Source: Candidatus Babeliales bacterium (lineage in GTDB: Bacteria > Babelota > Babeliae > Babelales > JACPOV01). Taken from it: 64,000 nucleotides of DNA. The stretch's first letter is position 1. Each line of letters opens with the position of its first letter. Position numbers and translations under genes: made by a program. Under the pieces are notes generated by a model that saw only the letters and a program-made list of their open reading frames with translations, was not told the DNA's origin and ran no database searches. Location of the stretch: assembly GCA_050250855.1 (NCBI GenBank), contig JBFWNW010000001.1, forward strand, positions 128,001 to 192,000. The letters are read 5' to 3'. Positions 42,684 through 51,510 of the stretch are shown here, one piece after another.

Positions 42684-43109
42684 ATGAAACATGAAATAAT
42701 AGTAGGACTAGAAAATATTCAATCTGTTGTTGAGCAGCTTTATAAACTCATGGATAGATGCAAAGTATTTACCTTTGAAGGCCCTTTAGGGGCAGGAAAA
42801 ACAACAATCATTCAACTGTTGCTAAAAAAATGTGGTGTTGATGAGGCTATAACAAGTCCTACATTTACCTATGTCAATGTATATGAAAATAATCGAAAAG
42901 AGCTATTCTATCATTTTGATCTTTATCGATTACACACTCTTGATGAGTTTTTTGCACAAGGATTTGATGAATTTTTGTATTTGGAAAACAGCTGGGCTTT
43001 TGTAGAGTGGCCAGAGATCATTTTTCCCCTTTTAAAAAAAGATGTTTGCAGAGTTACTATTGATTATGCAGAAAACAGCATGAGACTTGTTGTTTTGCAG
43101 GTTGACTAG
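42684..43109 (+). CDS. tsaE: tRNA t6A biosynthesis ATPase
   Basis: GPLGAGKTT, SPTF, HFDLYRL, VEWPE. Confidence 0.96.
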   Translation: MKHEIIVGLENIQSVVEQLYKLMDRCKVFTFEGPLGAGKTTIIQLLLKKCGVDEAITSPTFTYVNVYENNRKELFYHFDLYRLHTLDEFFAQGFDEFLYLENSWAFVEWPEIIFPLLKKDVCRVTIDYAENSMRLVVLQVD

Positions 43110-43194
43110 AGAAATTTGCATAAAAAATAGAAAAAATTTGCAATTCATGCCAAAATAACTATTATAATCAATACTTTTACTTGTATTTGAAATA

Positions 43195-43280
43195 GGCGAG
43201 ATTCCCGAGCGGTCAAAGGGGACGGACTGTAAATCCGTTGGTTTATACCTTCGCAGGTTCGAATCCTGCTCTCGCCACCA
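43195..43280 (+). tRNA. tRNA-Tyr(GTA)
   Basis: Cloverleaf, CTGTAAA loop, long variable arm, CCA. Confidence 0.96.
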
Positions 43281-43301
43281 TAAGTTTTTGATCAAGATAG
43301 G

Positions 43302-43377
43302 GCGGGAATAGCTCAATTGGTAGAGCGACAGCCTTCCAAGCTGTAGGTTGCGGGTTCGAGCCCCGTTTCCCGCTCCA
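43302..43377 (+). tRNA. tRNA-Gly(TCC)
   Basis: GCGGGAA stem, CTTCCAA loop, CCA. Confidence 0.96.
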
Positions 43378-43473
43378 GAAGTTTTTTAGAAAAAAACTTG
43401 TAAAAGAGGTTTTATATGGTAAACTTCTTCTCTGTGGTCAAAGCTTGATATTTATAAGAATTTAGAAAATTTT

Positions 43474-43549
43474 GCTGGCGTAGCTCAGTCGGTAGAGCAG
43501 CTGATTTGTAATCAGCAGGTCGCGGGTTCAAATCCTGCCGCCAGCTCCA
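43474..43549 (+). tRNA. tRNA-Thr(TGT)
   Basis: GCTGA-TTTGTAA-TCAGC anticodon arm, CCA. Confidence 0.95.
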
Positions 43550-43745
43550 TATTTTAGCTTTTTAAGTATATATCAAGGATTTTTCGGTAAAAGTGCATGA
43601 ATAACTGACTTTTTAGCTGTTAAAAAGTGATTTTTTCATAAACTCAGTATACTTTAAGCAAATCTTTAGTTATTTTATGAAAAATTAAGTTGTCAACTGC
43701 TATTTTTTTAATTAATCTATACTATACTGCGTTGTAGGTTTTTTG

Positions 43746-43821
43746 GCCCACGTAGCTCAGTTGGTAGAGCACTTCCTTGGTAAGGGAGAGGTCGCCGGTT
43801 CAAGTCCGGTCGCGGGCTCCA
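43746..43821 (+). tRNA. tRNA-Thr(GGT)
   Basis: CTTCC-TTGGTAA-GGGAG anticodon arm, CCA; A5.C68 mismatch. Confidence 0.93.
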
Positions 43822-43855
43822 GGAAGTACGTTGGTTCGAGCATCGAAAGAAGTTT

Positions 43856-44017
43856 ATGGCAAAAAAGAAAAAAACTATCACTCGCTTGAGTTGCGAAGAT
43901 TGCAAAGAGCGTAATTATTCCCAGGTTGTTTCTGGTAAACGAACTGTCGGATCTTTAAAATTAAGCAAGTATTGCTTCCGTTGCAGAAAGCATACGGCGC
44001 ATAAAGAGACTAAATAG
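43856..44017 (+). CDS. rpmG: 50S ribosomal protein L33 (Zn-binding form), not in ORF track
   Basis: Manual translation MAKKKKTITRLSCEDCKERNY...KYCFRCRKHTAHKETK. Confidence 0.95.
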   Translation: MAKKKKTITRLSCEDCKERNYSQVVSGKRTVGSLKLSKYCFRCRKHTAHKETK

Positions 44018-44023
44018 GCCTAA

Positions 44024-44099
44024 AGGCCAGTAGCTCTAACGGTAGAGCGGCAGACTCCAAATCTGAAGGTTGGGGGTTCGAATCCCTCCTGGCCTGCCA
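44024..44099 (+). tRNA. tRNA-Trp(CCA)
   Basis: AGGCCAG stem, CTCCAAA loop; located between rpmG and secE. Confidence 0.96.
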
Positions 44100-44152
44100 A
44101 AACAGTTGTTGGTATATGTTTTTCCCTTTATTGAGTAATTTGGTGACTCGTT

Positions 44153-44332
44153 ATGAAAGATGTAATTCGCTTTTTTTCTGAAGTAAAGCTTGAGCTAGGA
44201 AAAGTTGTTTGGCCAGACTTCAATGAGCTTGTAGGGTCTGTGATAATAGTTTTGCTTTTGGTTTGTGCTTTTTCCGTTTATTTAGGTGCAATAGATTTGT
44301 TTTTTTATAGGATAGCCGAACGTATTTTTTAG
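44153..44332 (+). CDS. secE: Preprotein translocase SecE, not in ORF track
   Basis: Manual translation MKDVIRFFSEVKLELGKVVWP followed by one TM helix; directly upstream of nusG. Confidence 0.93.
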   Translation: MKDVIRFFSEVKLELGKVVWPDFNELVGSVIIVLLLVCAFSVYLGAIDLFFYRIAERIF

Positions 44333-44383
44333 GGGTACACTGCGCATGATAGCTTCAATAAAAATAATATACAGGATACATTC

Positions 44384-44908
44384 ATGAAGCGCTGGTATGT
44401 TGTTCAGATTTATGCTGGCTATGAAGAAGCAATTAAAAAGGATCTTGAACGAGAAGTAGCTGAAAGAGGATTAAAAGATTTTTTTGGCGAGGTTCTTATT
44501 CCTTCCGCTAAAGCAAAGCAAGGTTTTCAGCTTATTGAACAAGATAAAGTTGACCAGCAGCTTTTTCCTGGATATATTCTCATTGAAATGGATGCTGTTC
44601 CTGAAGCTATCAAGCTTGTTCAGTCAGCGCCACGAGTTTTGAAATTTTTAGGCGGTAAAAACCCAGTTCCTCTTTCAAAGAAAGAGGTTGAGCGAATTGT
44701 TGCTCAAATGAAGGGTGAAGTTGCTATTGCGCCTAAGAAGAGTGATTTTGTTGAAGGAAGCGAGATTGAAATAACAGAAGGTCCATTTGCTGGATTCGTC
44801 GGTGTTATCGATAAAATAGAAGATGAGAGTGAGCGTTTGGTCGTTATGGTTAGTATTTTTGGACGCATGACGCCTATTGAATTGGGTTTTAATCAAGTTA
44901 AACGATAA
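44384..44908 (+). CDS. nusG: Transcription termination/antitermination factor NusG
   Basis: WYVVQ, FPGYILIEM, KOW motif GPFAGF, VSIFGRMTP. Confidence 0.97.
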   Translation: MKRWYVVQIYAGYEEAIKKDLEREVAERGLKDFFGEVLIPSAKAKQGFQLIEQDKVDQQLFPGYILIEMDAVPEAIKLVQSAPRVLKFLGGKNPVPLSKKEVERIVAQMKGEVAIAPKKSDFVEGSEIEITEGPFAGFVGVIDKIEDESERLVVMVSIFGRMTPIELGFNQVKR

Positions 44909-44928
44909 TAATTTAGTTGGGTTATTCT

Positions 44929-45351
44929 ATGGCAAAGCCAATAAAAGCTAAAGTTAAGTTACAGTTGCCTGCGGGTGCTGCTACCCCTGCGCCACCTGTT
45001 GGTTCAGCTCTTGGGCCGCATGGTATCAATATGATGGAGTTTTGCAAGCAATTTAATGCTCAAACTGCTGACAAAAAAGGACAAACGATTCCTGTTTTAG
45101 TTACTATACATCAGGATCGTTCTTTTTCTTTTGTGACAAAAACACCTCCTACTGCAGAGCTTATAAAAAAGAAAATTAATATTGCAAAAGGTTCTTCAAA
45201 GCCTAGCCTTGAAAAAGCAGGTAAGCTTTCTTGGCGTGATGTTGAAGAAATTGCTGCTATAAAATTGCCAGATCTTAATGCAGTTGGCATTGATGAGGCA
45301 AAAAAAATTGTAGCAGGAACTGCGCGTAGTATGGGAATCGAAGTCGAATAA
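44929..45351 (+). CDS. rplK: 50S ribosomal protein L11
   Basis: AGAATPAPPVGSALG, FCKQFNA, GTARSMG. Confidence 0.97.
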   Translation: MAKPIKAKVKLQLPAGAATPAPPVGSALGPHGINMMEFCKQFNAQTADKKGQTIPVLVTIHQDRSFSFVTKTPPTAELIKKKINIAKGSSKPSLEKAGKLSWRDVEEIAAIKLPDLNAVGIDEAKKIVAGTARSMGIEVE

Positions 45352-45372
45352 GATGAGTTTAGGGTTATAACT

Positions 45373-46065
45373 ATGGCAAAGCAAGGAAAGCACTATCGTG
45401 CAGCAAAAGAAAAAGTTGAAAAGAAGTCTTTTCCGTTGGTAGAAGCATTAAAACAGGTTAAGGAATTAGCTTTTGCAAAATTTGATGAATCTGTTGATGC
45501 TAATGTCAATTTGGGTATTGATGCAAGTAAGGGAGAGCAAGTTGTTCGCGGTTCAATTATTTTGCCTCATAGCTTTGGAAAAAAAGTAAAAGTTATTGTT
45601 TTTGCTAAAGGCGATTATGCAGAACAAGCAAAAGAGGCAGGCGCTGATGAAATAGGTGCTGATGATCTTATTGATAAAATCGAAGGCGGATGGCTTGATT
45701 TTGATGTTGCTGTTTCAACTCCTGATATGATGGGTAAAGTTGGTAAGTTAGCTAAGCTTCTCGGTCCAAAAGGATTGTTGCCAAATAAAAAATTGGGAAC
45801 AGTTACTTTTGATATAGGTCCGGTAGTGCGCGATCTTAAAAAAGGTCAAAAATTTTTCAAAAATGATAAAAGTGGCCTTGTTCATTTTACTATAGGTAAG
45901 GTGTCTTTTAGTCCTGAGCAACTTAAAGAAAATTTAGAATCATTTATGAAAGCTCTTGTCGCTTCAAGGCCTGCAACAGCTAAAGGTAAATTTATTAAAA
46001 AATTAACTCTTTCTTCTACTATGGGCGTTGGTTTTCACATTAACGCTGATGAAATAGTAGGGTAA
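45373..46065 (+). CDS. rplA: 50S ribosomal protein L1
   Basis: AKFDESV, LGPKGLLPN, SSTMG. Confidence 0.97.
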   Translation: MAKQGKHYRAAKEKVEKKSFPLVEALKQVKELAFAKFDESVDANVNLGIDASKGEQVVRGSIILPHSFGKKVKVIVFAKGDYAEQAKEAGADEIGADDLIDKIEGGWLDFDVAVSTPDMMGKVGKLAKLLGPKGLLPNKKLGTVTFDIGPVVRDLKKGQKFFKNDKSGLVHFTIGKVSFSPEQLKENLESFMKALVASRPATAKGKFIKKLTLSSTMGVGFHINADEIVG

Positions 46066-46080
46066 TAGGCGGGGAAAGCT

Positions 46081-46599
46081 ATGAATCGTCAAGAAAAAAA
46101 ACAAATGATAGATACACTGAAGAATGACTTTGAAAAAAGCAATGCTTCATTTTTGGTGGGATATAAGGGATTGACTGTTTCTCAGTTGGCTGATCTGCGC
46201 AAGAAGTTACGACCAGAAGGTGCTTCTTTGCATGTTGCAAAAGTAACCTTGATGAGACGTGCCATTGCAGATATTCCAGTTTCTAATGAGTTAAGTTCTC
46301 TGTTAGGAGGACAAATTGCTGTTGTTTTTGCGCAAAAGGAAGTTCCTTCTGTTGCAAAAGTTTTATCTGATTTTACTAAGGAGACGGAAACGTTTTCTTT
46401 GATTGGCGGATATTTTGAATCTTCAGTTTTATCTCAAGATTCTATTAAACAACTTGCATCTTTGCCTTCTCGAGAAGTTCTATTGGCACAAGTTTGTGGT
46501 ACATTAAAAGCGCCAATTTCAAAATTTGCGCAAGTACTTAATACTATACTTGTTCGTCCATTAGTTGTTTTAAAAGAGATTGAAAAAAAGAAGTCATAA
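46081..46599 (+). CDS. rplJ: 50S ribosomal protein L10
   Basis: YKGLTV..L..LRKKL, LASLPSRE; synteny. Confidence 0.95.
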   Translation: MNRQEKKQMIDTLKNDFEKSNASFLVGYKGLTVSQLADLRKKLRPEGASLHVAKVTLMRRAIADIPVSNELSSLLGGQIAVVFAQKEVPSVAKVLSDFTKETETFSLIGGYFESSVLSQDSIKQLASLPSREVLLAQVCGTLKAPISKFAQVLNTILVRPLVVLKEIEKKKS

Positions 46600-46696
46600 A
46601 ATTCGTTGATTAATAAAGATGATGCTATTAACGAGGTTTATGGTAATAGTTATACGTATGGATATATGTTCATTTTAATAGCGAATGGGGAATGCT

Positions 46697-47083
46697 ATGT
46701 CAGCTAAATCGCATGAAAAATTAATTGAAGAAATTGGCAATATGTCAGTTCTAGAGCTTTCAGATCTAGTAAAAGCTTTAGAAGAAAAGTTTGATGTAAA
46801 AGCTACTATGTCTATGGCAGCAGCTCCTGCAGCAGCGGCAGCAGCGCCTGCAGCAGCTCAGGCTGAAGAAAAAGCGGAATATAAAGTTACGCTTAAAGAT
46901 GCTGGTTCAGACAAGATGAAAGTAATTAAACTTGTTAAACAATATTCAGGTCTTGGTCTTCAAGAATCTAAAGCGGCTGTTGATAACGCTCCATCAGTGA
47001 TCGTTGAAAAAGCTGCAAAAGATAAAGCAAATGAAATCAAGCAAAAACTTGAAGAAGTTGGTGCTAAAGTAGAATTAGCATAA
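46697..47083 (+). CDS. rplL: 50S ribosomal protein L7/L12
   Basis: MSVLELSDLVKALEEKF, Ala-rich hinge, GLGLQESK, LEEVGAKVEL. Confidence 0.97.
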   Translation: MSAKSHEKLIEEIGNMSVLELSDLVKALEEKFDVKATMSMAAAPAAAAAAPAAAQAEEKAEYKVTLKDAGSDKMKVIKLVKQYSGLGLQESKAAVDNAPSVIVEKAAKDKANEIKQKLEEVGAKVELA

Positions 47084-47095
47084 ACAAAAATAACT

Positions 47096-47136
47096 GTCGT
47101 TCCATATAAAATTGTCTCTGTATGGAACGACTTTTT
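47096..47136 (+). terminator. rplL-rpoB intergenic terminator/attenuator
   Basis: GTCGTTCCATA...TATGGAACGAC 11-bp stem followed by TTTTT. Confidence 0.75.
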
Positions 47137-47187
47137 CATCTTTTTTTTAGGATAGGGGCTGATTGAAAATTCGGGAGGAGCGGCTGC

Positions 47188-50100
47188 ATGTCTGTTGGCA
47201 TGAATAAAGATATTGTACGTAAATCATTTGGGAACGTTAGGGATGTTGTTCCTGTTCCTGATTTAATTGCAATTCAATCAAAATCATTTAACGATTTTGC
47301 TCAACTTGATTGTTTACCTAATGAACGAGTATGTATGGGCCTTGAAAAGGTCCTTCGTGATATTTTTCCAATCGATTATGATAATAAAATGTCATTGGAA
47401 TATGTTAGTTATGAATTAGGCGATTGGGCATGTACGTGTGGGAAACTTAAAGGTATTGTAGATCGCTATACATGGACTTGTTTATCATGTAAAAAGTCTG
47501 ATTGTTCACGCCTTGACAGTAAATTAACCTGTACTTTTTGTAAAAAAAATACAGCTCGTTATAAGACATGTTCAAACTGCTTATCTCGAGTTTCAATTCA
47601 ATTGGTAATGGGGACTGAAGAATGTCGCTCAAGTGGACAAACTTTTTCTATGCCGTTGAGAATAAAAGTACAACTTATAGCTTGGAATGTTGATGAAGCG
47701 GGTAACAAAAATGTTCGCGAAATCAAAGAACAAGATATTTTCTTTGCAGATGTGCCAGTTATGGCAGATTTGTATGAAGAGAAGGGTGTTATTAAGCTAG
47801 GGGACAAAGGAACTTTCCTTATTAACGGTGTTGATAGGGTTGTGGTAAGTCAGTTACATAGATCTCCTGGCGTTGTATTTACTCAAAGCAAAAAGGTTAA
47901 AGACGTTCGAGGAAGACCATATTACTTAGCTCGCTTGATTCCTATGCGTGGCTCATGGTTAGACTTTGAGTTTGATAGTAATGACAATCTTTACGTTCGT
48001 ATAGATAAAAAGAAAAAGCTTTTAGTTACAACGTTCTTGCAAGCATTAGGGATTTCTCGCGACACCATTATAAAACAATTTTATTCTTTTGATCATATTG
48101 TTGTTAAAAATGGTGAATTTTTGCGTTCTGTCAATGAATCACTTATTGGCCAACGTCTAGAAAAAGGAATGATTCCTGATAACGTTGATCAATCTTTCTT
48201 GGGTAAAAGAGTTACTAAAGAAATCGTAGATGCATTGAAAAAAGCAAAAGTTGATTATGTTGTTCTTAAGCATGCTTCTATTGTGAATCGCGTGGTAGGT
48301 GCGGATGTAATTGATCCAGAAACTGGTGAAGTTATCATAGAACAAGGTCAATCGTTGCATGAAGAGAACCTTAATACGCTAAAAAAATTAAAATCAGTTG
48401 AATTAGATTTAATTAGTTCTTCAGGGTATGTTCTTCAACCTACAATTGCTTTAACGCTAACGCAAGACAAATGCTATTCAGAAGAAGATGCATTGAAGGA
48501 TCTTCATTCTAAAGTATGGCCTGGTGATAGTTCATCATTAAAAGAAATTAAAGAGCGTCTTGAGAATATGCTCTTTAGTAATAGATTATATGATTTGACT
48601 CGTGTTGGACGTATTCGTATTAATCGTAAATTAGGCCTTGATGTCTCAGAAGATATTCATGCGCTTACTCGTGAAGATATAGTAGAAACTATTCGTTACT
48701 TGGTTAATTTGCGAGAATTGGGTGAGGGTGAACTGGATGATATTGATCATCTAGGAAATCGTCGCGTTCGCCTTGTTGGTGAACTTCTCACGAACCAAAT
48801 TTATTTAGGATTCTTGCGCATAGAACGTATTGTTAAAGAACGCTTTAGAACACAAGAAATACACAGCGCCTTAATGCCCCAAGACTTTTTGAATATTAAG
48901 CCATTAAGTGCGGTTGTTCGTGAATTTTTTGGAACGGGACAACTTTCTCAGTTTATGGATCAAACAAATCCTCTTTCTGAGATTGCTCACAAGAGAAGAC
49001 TTTCTGCTCTCGGGCCCGGTGGTGTTCTTAAAGATCGTGCTACCTATGAAATTCGTGATGTACATACTTCTCACTATGGTCGTATTTGTCCGATTGAAAC
49101 ACCTGAGGGTCAAACTATCGGTTTGATTTCTTCTTTAGCTACTTATGCTATGGTAAACGATTTAGGTTTCATTGAAACTGCCTATCGCCCTGTGCATGAT
49201 GCTAAGATAAAGGAAGATGTTGTATTCTTAGATGCTTTCCAAGAAAGCCATAAGTATATAGCTCAGTTTGATGCAGCGCGACGGGATTCATCTACATTAA
49301 AAAATGATTTAGCTGTTGCTCGTCACGAAGGTAACTTTTTATATGTTGAGCCTGAAAAAGTTGATTATGTTGATTTATCACCAAAACAACTTGTTTCAGT
49401 ATCAACGGCTCTTATTCCTTTCCTTGAACACGATGATGCTACGCGTGCATTAATGGGTTCAAACATGCAACGACAAGCGGTGCCTTTGATAAAATGTAAG
49501 GCTCCTATTGTTGCTACTGGTATGGAAAAAGAGATTAGTAAATCTTCTGGTGCTGTATTGGTTGCAAAACGTCCTGGTCTTGTTGAGTATGTTTCTTCAG
49601 AGAAGATTATTATTCGTGTAGACCAAAGTGAATTTGATAATATAGAAGATTGGATTTCCCAAGGAATTGATACCTATAACCTGAGAAAATTCCAACGTTC
49701 AAGTTACAGTACATGGATTCATCATACACCAGCTGTAAATAGAGGCGATAGAGTTTCTGCTGGTACCATTTTAACGAATGGTGCTGCTATTGAATCTGGT
49801 GAATTGGCATTAGGCTCTAACTTATTAGTAGCATTTATGCCTTGGCATGGATATAACTTTGAGGATGCTATTGTGCTGAGTAAGCGCTTAGTAGCTGAAG
49901 ATGTTATGACTTCTGTACATATTGATGAATACGTTGTTGATGCGCGTGATACTAAGTTGGGGCCTGAGGAAATAACAAAGGATGTTCCTAACGTTAGTGA
50001 AGCTGCGCTGTCAAGCTTAGATGATGACGGTATTGTTTACGTTGGAACTCGCGTAAAGCCTGGAGATATTTTAGTTGGTAAAGTAACCCTTAAAGGTGAT

Positions 50101-51510
50101 ATTCAGTATTCTCCTGAAGAAAAACTCTTGCGAGCTATCTTTGGAGAAAAAGCACGAGAAGTACGAGATACTTCTTTACGTGTACCACCTGGTATAGAGG
50201 GAACTGTTGTTGATGTAAAAGTATTTTCTCGTAGCGGTATCAGAAAAGATAAGCGTTATAAAGAGCTTGTTGCTGAAAAAACAGCTAAGATGGAAGGTGA
50301 ATTTAATGATCATCTTAATTTCTTAAATGAGATGGTTAAAGCTTCACTTATTCAAGAATTAGCTGATAAAGCTCCTTCGGGTAAAGTTTCTGCAACGCTT
50401 ATTAAGAATAAGAAATATGATGCAGAAAAACTTGAAAAACTTTCATTACAAGAACTATTTGTGCTTAAAGTTGAAGATAAAGCGGTAAATGAAAATATTT
50501 CACGCATTAAATCTTCTCTTGAAAATCAGCGAAGAATTTTGGCTGGTTTGAAAGAAGAGCGCATTAATCGTCTCAAGAAGGGTGATCCATTACCATCAGG
50601 TGTTATTAAGATGGTAAAAGTTTATATTGCCGCAAAACGACATATTTCTGTTGGTGATAAAATTGCAGGTCGCCATGGTAATAAAGGTGTTGTTTCAACT
50701 ATTGTTCCTCGTGAAGACATGCCATACATGGAAGACGGTACTCCTGTTGATATTGTACTGAATCCATTAGGTGTACCATCACGTATGAACGTTGGACAGA
50801 TCTTAGAGACGATTCTTGGATTGGCTGGACGTCAAATTGGTAATCAGTTGAAATCATTGCTTGATTCTACAGGATTTGATGAAGTCAAAAAGTATTTGGA
50901 AAAATATTATGGCTCTGACTTAATACGTTCTTATGAAAAAGAATATGGTAAGGATGAGTTGTTAAAATTAGCTCAAACTACAGCGCGTGACGGCATGCCG
51001 TTTAAGTCGCCAGTATTTGAAGGTGCTCATTTTGATCGTGATATTAAACCTATACTTGAAGAATTAAATTTACCGATAACTGGTTCATTTATGATTCGAG
51101 ATGGAAGAACGGGTGATTGTTTTGATCAGCCAGTAACGGTTGGTTCAATCTATATGATGAAACTAAACCACATGGTTGATGACAAGTTGCATGCTCGTTC
51201 TGTTGGACCTTACTCGTTAGTAACGCAACAGCCTTTGGGTGGTAAAGCTCAAATGGGTGGCCAGCGTTTTGGTGAGATGGAAGTATGGGCTCTGGAAGCT
51301 TATGGTGCTGCTTATACATTGCAAGAAATGTTGACCTATAAGTCTGACGATGTGAATGGTCGACCTAAGGTGTACGATGCAATTGTAAGTGGTGAAAAGA
51401 TTCCTGATCCAGGACTACCAGAATCATTTAATGTATTGATTAAAGAGTTACAAAGTTTAGGTTTACGCGTTGATTTATTTAGGACGGGCAAGGAGGAAGT
51501 CAGTGAGTAA
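47188..51510 (+). CDS. rpoB: RNA polymerase beta subunit
   Basis: QLSQFMDQ, GDKIAGRHGNKG, GGQRFGEMEVW. Confidence 0.99.
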   Translation: MSVGMNKDIVRKSFGNVRDVVPVPDLIAIQSKSFNDFAQLDCLPNERVCMGLEKVLRDIFPIDYDNKMSLEYVSYELGDWACTCGKLKGIVDRYTWTCLSCKKSDCSRLDSKLTCTFCKKNTARYKTCSNCLSRVSIQLVMGTEECRSSGQTFSMPLRIKVQLIAWNVDEAGNKNVREIKEQDIFFADVPVMADLYEEKGVIKLGDKGTFLINGVDRVVVSQLHRSPGVVFTQSKKVKDVRGRPYYLARLIPMRGSWLDFEFDSNDNLYVRIDKKKKLLVTTFLQALGISRDTIIKQFYSFDHIVVKNGEFLRSVNESLIGQRLEKGMIPDNVDQSFLGKRVTKEIVDALKKAKVDYVVLKHASIVNRVVGADVIDPETGEVIIEQGQSLHEENLNTLKKLKSVELDLISSSGYVLQPTIALTLTQDKCYSEEDALKDLHSKVWPGDSSSLKEIKERLENMLFSNRLYDLTRVGRIRINRKLGLDVSEDIHALTREDIVETIRYLVNLRELGEGELDDIDHLGNRRVRLVGELLTNQIYLGFLRIERIVKERFRTQEIHSALMPQDFLNIKPLSAVVREFFGTGQLSQFMDQTNPLSEIAHKRRLSALGPGGVLKDRATYEIRDVHTSHYGRICPIETPEGQTIGLISSLATYAMVNDLGFIETAYRPVHDAKIKEDVVFLDAFQESHKYIAQFDAARRDSSTLKNDLAVARHEGNFLYVEPEKVDYVDLSPKQLVSVSTALIPFLEHDDATRALMGSNMQRQAVPLIKCKAPIVATGMEKEISKSSGAVLVAKRPGLVEYVSSEKIIIRVDQSEFDNIEDWISQGIDTYNLRKFQRSSYSTWIHHTPAVNRGDRVSAGTILTNGAAIESGELALGSNLLVAFMPWHGYNFEDAIVLSKRLVAEDVMTSVHIDEYVVDARDTKLGPEEITKDVPNVSEAALSSLDDDGIVYVGTRVKPGDILVGKVTLKGDIQYSPEEKLLRAIFGEKAREVRDTSLRVPPGIEGTVVDVKVFSRSGIRKDKRYKELVAEKTAKMEGEFNDHLNFLNEMVKASLIQELADKAPSGKVSATLIKNKKYDAEKLEKLSLQELFVLKVEDKAVNENISRIKSSLENQRRILAGLKEERINRLKKGDPLPSGVIKMVKVYIAAKRHISVGDKIAGRHGNKGVVSTIVPREDMPYMEDGTPVDIVLNPLGVPSRMNVGQILETILGLAGRQIGNQLKSLLDSTGFDEVKKYLEKYYGSDLIRSYEKEYGKDELLKLAQTTARDGMPFKSPVFEGAHFDRDIKPILEELNLPITGSFMIRDGRTGDCFDQPVTVGSIYMMKLNHMVDDKLHARSVGPYSLVTQQPLGGKAQMGGQRFGEMEVWALEAYGAAYTLQEMLTYKSDDVNGRPKVYDAIVSGEKIPDPGLPESFNVLIKELQSLGLRVDLFRTGKEEVSE

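Noticed and set aside
43032..43905. Minus-strand ORFs over the tRNA cluster (also 55279-55734)
   Set aside because: They are antisense to tRNA genes or rpoC, a typical artefact.
48925..49025. Natural rifampicin-resistance substitutions in RpoB
   Set aside because: The Q513, D516, H526 and S531 equivalents are all of the sensitive type.
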